Positions 9,371-17,985 of a DNA stretch of 64,000 nucleotides are shown piece by piece (positions within the stretch are counted from its first letter, which is position 1; every line of letters begins with the position of its first letter). A model generated the notes under the pieces. That model was not told the DNA's origin. It searched no databases and was given only the letters and a program-made list of their open reading frames with translations. Location of the stretch: positions 96,001 through 160,000 of the forward strand of contig JAEOTP010000016.1 in assembly GCA_016839765.1 (NCBI GenBank). The letters are read 5' to 3'. Both the position numbers and the translations under genes were made by a program. Source of the stretch: Promethearchaeota archaeon. GTDB taxonomy: Archaea > Asgardarchaeota > Lokiarchaeia > Sigyniarchaeales > SOKP01.

Positions 9371-11098
9371 ATGGCTCATTTAACCGAAGAAGAAATCGAA
9401 GATTTAAAGAAAATTCATCCTCAAAAGCGCATTTTACGGTTTATTTATCTAGTTTGTGGCAATTTTATCATATTATTGGGATTATTGTTATTATTTACAG
9501 GTTTTGATTTTGGCATCAAATTCGAAGATATTAATATTTCTTTTATCATTGATTTATTATTTATTGTATTTGGTATGATAATCGCGTCAAAATATTTTAT
9601 TGCCCCTTATTATCTTCGTGAAAATTCTCTAAAATTTGTAAATTTACGAAGTTTAAGGGAACCTGTTGATAAAACGGTTAAATTCTATTCTCTTACGATT
9701 TCAAGACTTGTAGCAACAATTTTTATGATTATGGCAGGAGTAATTTCTTTTTTAATTTTTGGTTTAGATGTCGGTCATGAAGTAAAGTATGGTAGTGCTG
9801 TTGTACTTGGAGGACCCTCCTTTTTTTATGTGACTGGACTTCCTGCTTTAGGGTTTGGATTTTGTTTATTATTATATTTTTTATTGAGCTTGTTTAAAGG
9901 AAGATTCTCGAAGTCAAAGAATTTTCTTTTCTTTTATGAAATTAGACCAGGATTTCCATGGTTAACTGAGGTACCAAAGAAGGATATAGAAGCAGTTAGG
10001 TATCAGAATAATCATCTGGGTCCTAAATTAGGATGAATTATGCTTTTATTCCCTTTTATTACCTTACAATTAATGACCGCAATTCCCCTATTTGCTATTG
10101 AAAAAGCAGGACCAGAATATGTATTATCATGGATTTTCATGATTATATCGATATTAGAAATTATTTCCTTAATTCTATTAATTATTTTTCCCCAAAATTA
10201 TTTCGAAATAGCCACAAAAGATAGACTTTATGAGATGTGGTTTTCTCCAATTAAATCTAAACACCAAAAGTATTTTAAAGATGAATTTAGCGATTTTTTA
10301 GACTGTAAGATAAAAGTATCACCTAAGAAAAGTGAGATTAATCAATCGAGTAATTCAAAAGCACCTTCTCTCTCAGAAAGCATTTTTTCTAATTTAGATC
10401 CTAAACAATTTCAACTATTTAGGTTAATTTTTGGTACATTTTTAATAGTTGGAGCAATAGTTATGCTTAGCCAAATGGTTTTATTCGGTCCATGGGTGTG
10501 GTGGATTTCATTGATGTATGGATTTATCCTACTTATTAAAGCTTTTTGTTATGATTTCAGTAATAAAAATGGAGATATGTTTCAGCTTGATGAACAAAAT
10601 AATATTTTCAGATTTAAGCGATTATTTAAATTCAAATTTCATTACATTACTGCATTTAAAGTTAAAGAAATAAAAATTATAAAGTGGTTTAGAAAATTAG
10701 ATTTTTTTGATATCATAGGATTAGGAGGATTGTTAATATTTTTAACCCTACAACAAGCTGAAGGATGGTTTTTAGCAGATACTCCTCAGTTAATTTCTGA
10801 TAACATTTTTAGTACATTTTATATGATTATCGTATTCCTGTTCGTTTTTTTCTATTTGTGTGTCCCTATTGATGTAATCGAGTTTATAACTCCTACAGTC
10901 ACGTATAGAATTAATGTAACTACTAAAATCAAGAAAAAGAACTTATTCTTCAAATATCTATACAATTTAAAAAACTTTCCGAAAGGAATTATTACAAAAG
11001 ATACAAAAAGAACATTTTCAATTAGAATAGGACTTATTGGAGCCTTGATTATAGGTACCTTATTCTATTTTATTATTTTTATTATTTTTATTTTCTGA
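9371..11098 (+). pseudogene. Polytopic membrane protein interrupted by one in-frame TGA at 10034-10036 (split gene, readthrough or nonsense mutation)
   Basis: ORFs 9371-10036 and 10040-11098 share a frame. The junction NHLGPKLG*IMLLFPF runs straight into a TM helix. Confidence 0.6.
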
Positions 11099-11171
11099 AA
11101 TTTTTGTTAAATCTAGTATTTATATATAGATTTTTAAAAAAAGATTAAAGAAAAATTATATTTTAGTTATT

Positions 11172-11456
11172 ATGTCTGACCAGATTAAATTATTATTGTA
11201 TATAAAGAATATGTTATCAGATCTTATTTATTTAAACTGTGTTATCGCGACAGAACTGATTAGAGTAACTGAAAATACTGCTGCTCAAAGACAAGGAGAA
11301 GATTTTTTGAAACAATCTAACTGTAAATCCGAGCATAATGCTATAAATGAAAATATCCTTAATGTTTTAAATAAATATTATAAAACACCAGAAGATAGTG
11401 AAAAAATGGAAAAATTAAAAAGCCACGTTTTAGATCATCTTAAAGAGAAACAATAA
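11172..11456 (+). CDS. Small hypothetical protein, coupled to the IscU-like gene
   Basis: 94-aa ORF with a 1-nt gap to the next gene. Confidence 0.7.
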   Translation: MSDQIKLLLYIKNMLSDLIYLNCVIATELIRVTENTAAQRQGEDFLKQSNCKSEHNAINENILNVLNKYYKTPEDSEKMEKLKSHVLDHLKEKQ

Positions 11457-11457
11457 A

Positions 11458-11904
11458 ATGACCGATAAGAAAGATGAATTTGATGTTTTTGTGAATAAAC
11501 TTCAACAAGAGATAATCGAAAAGGAACTTGAAGATTTTAATCTGTATATTGTCAAATTATTTCATAATCCTCCTAATTGGGGTAAACCTTCAGACGAGAA
11601 AATTACCATATCAAATTCTTTTCAAGGACCTTGTGGTGATTTAATGCAATTCTTTTTAAAAATTGAAAATGATAAAATAGTGAAAGCAAATTTCATTACT
11701 GATGGATGTGGAGCGTCTGTGGCTGCTGGTAGTCAAACCACTTTAATAATAGAGGGAAATACATTAAAGTTCGCCGAAGATTTAACTCCTGAAGATATAG
11801 ATAAAGCTTTAAATGGATTACCTAAGGATCATAAGCATTGTGCTGAATTAGCTGTAAGAACTTTGAAAGGGTTAATAAAAAAATATAGAGAAAAGGAGGG
11901 GTAG
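11458..11904 (+). CDS. iscU: Fe-S cluster scaffold protein, IscU/NifU family
   Basis: Three conserved Cys: GPCGD, DGCGAS, HCAELA. Confidence 0.9.
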   Translation: MTDKKDEFDVFVNKLQQEIIEKELEDFNLYIVKLFHNPPNWGKPSDEKITISNSFQGPCGDLMQFFLKIENDKIVKANFITDGCGASVAAGSQTTLIIEGNTLKFAEDLTPEDIDKALNGLPKDHKHCAELAVRTLKGLIKKYREKEG

Positions 11905-11914
11905 GATAAGTATT

Positions 11915-12637
11915 ATGGTTGCATTAAAGATTGAAAATATTGACATCCCGATAATATCCGATAATATTAATTTAAAAGCATCTATATATTATACTGGAAA
12001 AACTCCACAAAAAGCTCCTTTTATCATTAATCTTGCTGGTTTATTAGATCATAGGGAGAGTTATTTTGTACGATTTTATTCTGAAAAGTTTGCAAAAGCA
12101 GGATATTATGTTTTATCATATGATTATAGAGCTCACGGTGAGACCAAAAAACAAACAGGACATAGATCATGGTACCGAATGGTAATTGATATTTTTAAAG
12201 ATATACAAATCGTGTTAGATTGGCTCATTCAAAGTCAATCCAAAAGACTATCCGATCAAAATATCATCCTTTTTGGAAGAAGTATAGGTGGGGCAATAAT
12301 TTTAACTTATGGGTTTATTGATGTACGTGTTAAGAAATTAATAGCTCTATGTACACGTTATGATTATCAAACTACTAATGTCAAATTTTCAGAAGAAATT
12401 ATAAAAAAAATCAGTCCAAGATATTTTTTAAAGAAAGATGACAAGAATATTGATAGAATTATAATTGCTCATTGTAAAGATGATAAAAGAATTCCATTTG
12501 AAAATATTTATTATATTAAAAATCATTTGAATTTGAATGAAAAAAATGTCCTTATCTATGAAAATGGAGGCCATTCTTTTAAAGGACATAGAGAAGAACT
12601 TTTTGAATCATGTATTGAATTTATAAAAAAGTTATAA
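11915..12637 (+). CDS. Alpha/beta-fold hydrolase
   Basis: DYRAHGE, GRSIGG nucleophile elbow, DKRIP, GGHSF. Confidence 0.9.
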   Translation: MVALKIENIDIPIISDNINLKASIYYTGKTPQKAPFIINLAGLLDHRESYFVRFYSEKFAKAGYYVLSYDYRAHGETKKQTGHRSWYRMVIDIFKDIQIVLDWLIQSQSKRLSDQNIILFGRSIGGAIILTYGFIDVRVKKLIALCTRYDYQTTNVKFSEEIIKKISPRYFLKKDDKNIDRIIIAHCKDDKRIPFENIYYIKNHLNLNEKNVLIYENGGHSFKGHREELFESCIEFIKKL

Positions 12638-12690
12638 GCAAAATTGGTAATTAATTAAATTAGAGAGTTAAAATTAAATGTGAAATTTAT

Positions 12691-13599
12691 ATGGAAAAAA
12701 TCTTAATAGTGGGACCAGGAAGTCAAATTCTTGGGGTAAAAATAGCTGAAGAATTAGGAATTGAGACTGTAGATACTGAGTCTAAAAGCTTTCCCGATGG
12801 AGAGAATTATTTACGCTTAAATATTGAAGATGAGACAATTATTCAAGGAAAAGAAGTAATAATTGTACAATCTACTGGACCAAGTTCAAATGCTGATCAA
12901 AATAAGAGATTATTTGAGCTTGCAATGATGATTGATTCAGTTAAAAGGATAGGTTCTAAAAAAATCATAGTTGTGGTTCCTTATCTCGCTTATGCACGTC
13001 AAGATAAGATATTTAGACCAGGTGAGTGCCCATTTGCTACTACAATTATTAGAATGATAAATTCCTTCAATATTGATGAATTTTACACGGTAGACCTCCA
13101 TGAACCTAAGATTTTAGTTGACTTTTCTTGTAAGGCAATTAACGTTGATTCTATGAAACTTTTAGCGGATTATATTAAAAAATTAGGAGCTAAGGATATT
13201 GTAGTTGTTTCTCCTGACAAAGGAGCTGTTGAAAGATCTAAGGCTTTTGCCAAATATTTTGGAGATGATGTACTCGTCGAATATTTTGAGAAAGTAAGAG
13301 ACGTTAAAACAGGAGATATCGCGATGTCAGGCAAGTTAAGTTTAAAAAATAAAGATGTAGTAATTGCTGATGATATCATATCAACAGGTGGTACAATGGC
13401 TACGGCAATTAAGTTATCAAAAGAAAGTGGGGCAAATAGAGTATATGCTGTAGCTACACATGCCTTAATGCTTCAACAAGCAAAATATAGAATTCTAAAA
13501 GCAGGAGCTGATGAAATAATTGGCACAGATTCTATCGATAATCAATTAGCTAAAGTTTCATTGGCTAAAACAATAGCAGATTATTTAAAATTTGATTAA
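12691..13599 (+). CDS. prs: Ribose-phosphate pyrophosphokinase
   Basis: FPDGE, PYLAYARQD, VSPDKG, DDIISTGGT. Confidence 0.96.
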   Translation: MEKILIVGPGSQILGVKIAEELGIETVDTESKSFPDGENYLRLNIEDETIIQGKEVIIVQSTGPSSNADQNKRLFELAMMIDSVKRIGSKKIIVVVPYLAYARQDKIFRPGECPFATTIIRMINSFNIDEFYTVDLHEPKILVDFSCKAINVDSMKLLADYIKKLGAKDIVVVSPDKGAVERSKAFAKYFGDDVLVEYFEKVRDVKTGDIAMSGKLSLKNKDVVIADDIISTGGTMATAIKLSKESGANRVYAVATHALMLQQAKYRILKAGADEIIGTDSIDNQLAKVSLAKTIADYLKFD

Positions 13600-13605
13600 A
13601 AGGAA

Positions 13606-14148
13606 TTAATAGCTATTAATTATCGTCTTGACGATTTCTCTAGTTTTTTTTTCCAATCTTTTTATTGTTGAATTATTTGTTATCTTAAAATTAGCTTCAT
13701 TCAATACATTAATAATACCAAATCCAATTTCTCTTTTATCTCTTTCAAATATTTCAATAAAATCTTTTGAATCATCGCTTCTATCCCGTTGAGCAATTCT
13801 TTTATATCTTAATTTATCCTTAGCTGCAATTTCGATTAAGGGGAATTTCCAATGTTTCCTAAATATATCAACTTCAGTTATAGATCTAATACCATCAATA
13901 AAAATAATATCCGCTTCTAAATTTTTAATTAATTCAACACATTTTTGAGCGATAATCCCTTCACCTTCCTTTTCTCTTAAATCTTTGGCAATTTTTCCTA
14001 AAATCTCATCAGTTGGTTCAAGGTTTCTAATCTTAGCTTCAATTCTTACAACGTCTCCCATATTTATGATTTTTCCTAAATCTTTAATAGCGTTTATTGC
14101 TGTTGATTTACCTGAGCCAGGAAGCCCACACAATCCAATAACCTTCAT
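13606..14148 (-). CDS. P-loop kinase (UPF0200 / dephospho-CoA kinase-like)
   Basis: GLPGSGKS, MGDVVR, IDGIRS, RDRSDD, RDKRE. Confidence 0.8.
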   Translation of the reverse strand: MKVIGLCGLPGSGKSTAINAIKDLGKIINMGDVVRIEAKIRNLEPTDEILGKIAKDLREKEGEGIIAQKCVELIKNLEADIIFIDGIRSITEVDIFRKHWKFPLIEIAAKDKLRYKRIAQRDRSDDSKDFIEIFERDKREIGFGIINVLNEANFKITNNSTIKRLEKKTREIVKTIINSY

Positions 14149-14254
14149 TGCTCAAATTAAAGTATAATTCAAAATAAAATTAAATCATTATAAAAGAATA
14201 AAAATCTTTAAACTATAATTAATTTGTTAAAAAATTTATTTCACTGATTAAACG

Positions 14255-15505
14255 ATGAATGATAGAAGCAACAAGGATCAAGATTCAAAAAAAAAATCAC
14301 TCAATCAAGACAAATTTGAAGATTCAGGAGAAGATAATAACAATTTAAAATCTATAAGGTTGACGGAATTATCTCCAACTGATAAACTAATACAAAAATA
14401 TGGAATTAATCCTGCGAAAACACCCGTTTTATTGAAGCTTAATGCCTATCGAAGAATGGTTGGATATGCAATGAGATATGCTAATAATGAATTATCGGCA
14501 AAAAATTGGCGCGAAGTTTATGGAATCCTAATTGGATCTATAGATAACAATAAAGAAGTGATTATAAAAGATGCTATTCCAATGATTGTAGGAGACCGCG
14601 CAGGTGTAAGATATGAAAACAAACAATATGTTGATATGGCTCAAATTGATGAATCCGTATATCAAAAGTCCATTCAAGATAAAAAGAACGATTTTATAAT
14701 AGGATGGTGGCATACTCATCCTGGATTTAAGTTTTTTTTTAGTTCTGTAGATTGCTTAACTCAATTAGGGTATCAAATTCCAAATCCATTTGCGGTAGGT
14801 TTAATTTTTGATCATTGTGAATTAAAATCTACAGATTATTATCTAGGAGTTGCTGCACTACGCATGTTAAATCCAGAACAAGAAATGCTTTCTACATACG
14901 ATTTTACAGATTTGAAATTTGAATACCCTAAAAAAGATATGGTGAAAAAAGTTACTCCAATTTTAAAAGATTTAGATAAAAGTATTACAAAAGTCTTAAA
15001 GGAAGTAAAATATATTGACCAAACTTTACGTAAGAGGTATTTAGCTCAATTACAGAGAAATTATGGATTAATTTTAGTACCTAAAAGTGATATTATAGTA
15101 ACTGCTGATGAAGAGGAAGCTGAAGAGGATGAGAGATATTTATATGAATGGGATCCTGATTTCTTTAAAAAAAGTTTTAGGATTCCTAAGTTCAGAGAAA
15201 AAGTGGAAGAGGATATTAAAAAGTATGAAGAATCTTTATTAGAAATCAAGAAAAGTGATGGTGAAGCAAAATTTAAAGAAAAGAGAGAAAAATTTAAGAA
15301 AAAAATTCATGCACTTTTAGCAAAACCAAATGATTGGTATAATAGATGTATTGAAGATTTCACTAAACGTATTGAAATTATTTTTCCTTATTATGATTAT
15401 TTAGATACCAATGAACGTAAGATAATTGAACATTTTGAGTCTAGAAGCTCTGAGTATTATAAAATTTTAGACTATTTAAATTCACGTTCAGAATTTAATC
15501 TATAA
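14255..15505 (+). CDS. MPN+/JAMM metallo-isopeptidase (Rpn11-like) with a long helical C-terminus
   Basis: REVYGILIG (catalytic Glu) and GWWHTHPGFKFFFSSVD (HxH-x7-S-x2-D). Confidence 0.85.
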   Translation: MNDRSNKDQDSKKKSLNQDKFEDSGEDNNNLKSIRLTELSPTDKLIQKYGINPAKTPVLLKLNAYRRMVGYAMRYANNELSAKNWREVYGILIGSIDNNKEVIIKDAIPMIVGDRAGVRYENKQYVDMAQIDESVYQKSIQDKKNDFIIGWWHTHPGFKFFFSSVDCLTQLGYQIPNPFAVGLIFDHCELKSTDYYLGVAALRMLNPEQEMLSTYDFTDLKFEYPKKDMVKKVTPILKDLDKSITKVLKEVKYIDQTLRKRYLAQLQRNYGLILVPKSDIIVTADEEEAEEDERYLYEWDPDFFKKSFRIPKFREKVEEDIKKYEESLLEIKKSDGEAKFKEKREKFKKKIHALLAKPNDWYNRCIEDFTKRIEIIFPYYDYLDTNERKIIEHFESRSSEYYKILDYLNSRSEFNL

Positions 15506-15679
15506 TTAAATTTTGAACCTTTTTAGTTATTTCAATTGAAAGGGTGCATTAATATTTAAAAAAATAATTCTTATATATATAATTTAAAAAAATTTTATAT
15601 TCATTGAAGTATACTTACTATTTACTACTAAACTTTTTTTGATTCAATCATAGTAAGTTTTTATTAACGAGGTTCTTTC

Positions 15680-15997
15680 ATGGTTAATGATACCACACTA
15701 ATAATAAAAAACCGTTCTGATAAAGATAGAACTATTAAAGATGCTATTTTTGCATTTTCTGGAGGGACCAAATCACTAATGATAAAAGGTGAAGGTGATG
15801 AAATTTCAACTGCAGTGGAAGTTGCTGAAATTTTAAAACATCGGATGTACCCAGGTGTAGAAATAGCGAATATTTCACTGGGAAGCCGTCCATATTATTA
15901 TGATAATCGACAAGCTTATAGAGTTAAAAAGAAGGATAAGCAAAAAAAAGATTTAATCTCAAAGATAGAAATAACACTTTCAAAATCGATTCAATAG
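15680..15997 (+). CDS. Divergent Alba-family DNA/RNA-binding protein
   Basis: IKGEGDEISTAVEVAEILKHR and ISKIEITL match the Alba pattern, with an extended basic loop. Confidence 0.75.
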   Translation: MVNDTTLIIKNRSDKDRTIKDAIFAFSGGTKSLMIKGEGDEISTAVEVAEILKHRMYPGVEIANISLGSRPYYYDNRQAYRVKKKDKQKKDLISKIEITLSKSIQ

Positions 15998-16005
15998 TTG
16001 TTTAA

Positions 16006-16170
16006 ATGTCATTTGAAAAATTAGGCCCATTATTGGGGGAAAATAGAACTTCTGCTATATGTGAAATTTGTAAGAATTTCATTTATAAAAGAGTTTATTA
16101 TGATGAGAGTTCAGAAAAAAAACAAAAAGTAATTTTTGTCTGTAAAAATTGTTTGAATAATAATAAATAA
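16006..16170 (+). CDS. 54-aa zinc-ribbon protein (absent from the ORF track)
   Basis: ATG at 16006, MSFEKLGPLLGENRTSAICEICKNF...VCKNCLNNNK*, two CxxC pairs, starts 8 nt after the Alba stop. Confidence 0.75.
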   Translation: MSFEKLGPLLGENRTSAICEICKNFIYKRVYYDESSEKKQKVIFVCKNCLNNNK

Positions 16171-16998
16171 TTAATTCGAATTTAATTGCTTTTCTGCTTT
16201 TCTTTTTTGTCTTTTTTCAATAAGTTTATTCCAGTTAAACGTCATAATAAAGAACATAAGAGTTATTGTAACCAATAACATTATTGCTTCAGTTATTACA
16301 CTTACTTTATCTTCTAAGATAGGAATAAGTGCTAAGATAGGAAGAAATGCATAGAAAAGAGTTGTTATATTTTTTCCTAACCACGCCCAAATAAGACATT
16401 TACGAAAGTTTATGGGCTTTTCTGACATGCCTAAAGCAATCCATAGAGGATCATCGGGAATAGGTAATGCAGCAGCAATAAATATGTACAAATACATACT
16501 TTTTGGATGTTCTACCACTATTTTGCCAAAACCTTGAACATTTTCAAGAGTCTTATTTGCTGCAACTTTTTTTGCACCTTTTCCAATTAAGAAACTGACT
16601 AATTCTCCTAAAGCGCTACCTAATCCACCAGCAAGAGTAATTCCTAAAATTTGCAACCAGAAATATCCATTTAGTAAAATCTCTCCCATTGTTAACCCTT
16701 GATATATATAATTTGAATAAATTGAATTTGAGAATGAAAAGAGTATAAAAGGATACGGTATAGGAAAACCTACACTAGCATTTCCAATCAAGCAAATGAA
16801 AAACGAAATTATAATAGCTAAAAAATAGCTAGTTCCTTCTGTTAAATTAGCAATATTCCTTCTTGCTTGATAAACAAGATTTTCTATTGCTGGGATTGTT
16901 AGAAATAAGACAAGATAGAGGATTATAGCTAAATAAAAAAAAATAAACACAATTGATAACTTTTTTGGTACTTTCATAATTTTTGTTCCCGTTTTCAT
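16171..16998 (-). CDS. DedA/VTT-like membrane protein
   Basis: GGLGSALGELVSFLIG and ALPIPDDPLWIALG motifs, TM helices. Confidence 0.75.
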   Translation of the reverse strand: MKTGTKIMKVPKKLSIVFIFFYLAIILYLVLFLTIPAIENLVYQARRNIANLTEGTSYFLAIIISFFICLIGNASVGFPIPYPFILFSFSNSIYSNYIYQGLTMGEILLNGYFWLQILGITLAGGLGSALGELVSFLIGKGAKKVAANKTLENVQGFGKIVVEHPKSMYLYIFIAAALPIPDDPLWIALGMSEKPINFRKCLIWAWLGKNITTLFYAFLPILALIPILEDKVSVITEAIMLLVTITLMFFIMTFNWNKLIEKRQKRKAEKQLNSN

Positions 16999-17387
16999 CC
17001 AGAAGATTTCGAGATTTTTGTATTTAATCCATTTCTTGCTTTTAGTAATAATTCAAGATTACCTTCTATCTTCCCAATCTTGTTTACTTTATTAGGCATT
17101 AGCATATTTTCAATAACTAAAATTAGTTCATCTGTTTTTGGATTATATATGATGTCGCCTTTCGCTACTTCTTTTTTGGATTTTGGATTAGTGCCTTTAA
17201 AAATTTCAACTCCTGGAAGGGTCCAATACTTTTTCCCCCCAAAATTATATCTCCCTCTTAAAACAAGAGGTAATTTATCTAAAATTGCATCTGCAGATAA
17301 AGGGGCAAAATGTCGAATTATATTTCCTTTTAATTCACAGATTCCAAAAAGATTGATATTTATAGGAATGTCTCCACTATCAGGCAT
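16995..17387 (-). CDS. Cyclophilin-like fold protein (DUF369-like)
   Basis: RHFAPLSADAILDKLP, KGDIIY, VNKIGKI. ATGA overlap with the next gene. Confidence 0.65.
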   Translation of the reverse strand: MPDSGDIPININLFGICELKGNIIRHFAPLSADAILDKLPLVLRGRYNFGGKKYWTLPGVEIFKGTNPKSKKEVAKGDIIYNPKTDELILVIENMLMPNKVNKIGKIEGNLELLLKARNGLNTKISKSSG

Positions 17388-17412
17388 GATTTATTTATAG
17401 AATCAATTTTGC

Positions 17413-17420
17413 TATTTATA
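17413..17420 (-). promoter_or_regulatory. TATA box for the leaderless 17387 gene
   Basis: TATAAATA on the minus strand, about 25 nt upstream of the ATG. Confidence 0.5.
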
Positions 17421-17479
17421 TTATTTCAAATTTATTTTTAAAAAATTTTGTCCCATAATTGTTGGATTTAATAATAAGA

Positions 17480-17487
17480 TTTAAATA
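17480..17487 (+). promoter_or_regulatory. TATA box of the candidate ncRNA
   Basis: TTTAAATA preceded by a purine-rich BRE-like stretch, centred about 27 nt upstream of G17511. Confidence 0.55.
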
Positions 17488-17510
17488 TTCATTTCACCAT
17501 CTTATTTATT

Positions 17511-17985
17511 GGACAATAGTATTGCATTGGAATTGAATACAATTATTACAGTCCACAGTAGAGTAAATTGCGACTATTTAATAAGTTGAAATAACTCAAA
17601 GATTTTTTATTTTTGGTGACTAAGGATTTAATGATTACATTGAATCCAATTGTTTTTTATTATTGATTTACATTTGTTCCTATAGTACTCTATAGAAAAT
17701 TTCATAAGTTTTAATATTTACATCAATTCAGCAAATAATTATATTATACAAATAATTGCTATAAAAGGAAAAGTAGGTTATACTTAGGAGCGATAATAAT
17801 ATGAATTCTTGTCGTATTGAGTAAATTTTTTGATACTCGAGACAATAAATCAAAAATGGCTCTTTAGAAAAATTTCCTAATTTCCCAATAGAGGCTTTGA
17901 TTCAGGAGATCATTCATAGGAAGAAATAGTGCAATTTTCCTTTGATACAATTCTTCTGAGGTTATTGGAGCTACTATTGTCCACC
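17511..17985 (+). ncRNA. Candidate large structured non-coding RNA (~475 nt), family unknown
   Basis: No long ORF. TGGACAATAGTA (17510-17521) is the exact reverse complement of TACTATTGTCCA (17972-17983). Multiple internal stems, upstream TATA box, downstream T8. Confidence 0.6.

Noticed and set aside
10034-10036. Selenocysteine codon
   Set aside because: The context is a TM-helix start with no redox motif, and no SECIS-like stem-loop is visible downstream of 11098.
17510-17983. MITE bounded by 12-bp terminal inverted repeats
   Set aside because: There is no target-site duplication, second copy or transposase in the window, and the promoter and terminator fit the ends exactly. Disfavoured but not fully excluded.
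17511-17985. Calling the element RNase P RNA, SRP RNA, a tRNA or a known riboswitch
   Set aside because: No GAGGAAnnUC or ACAnAAnnnnGCUUA pair, no SRP helix-8 CAGG/AGCA loop, no T-loop cloverleaf, and no lysine or cobalamin riboswitch consensus on either strand. Only the general topology resembles these RNAs.
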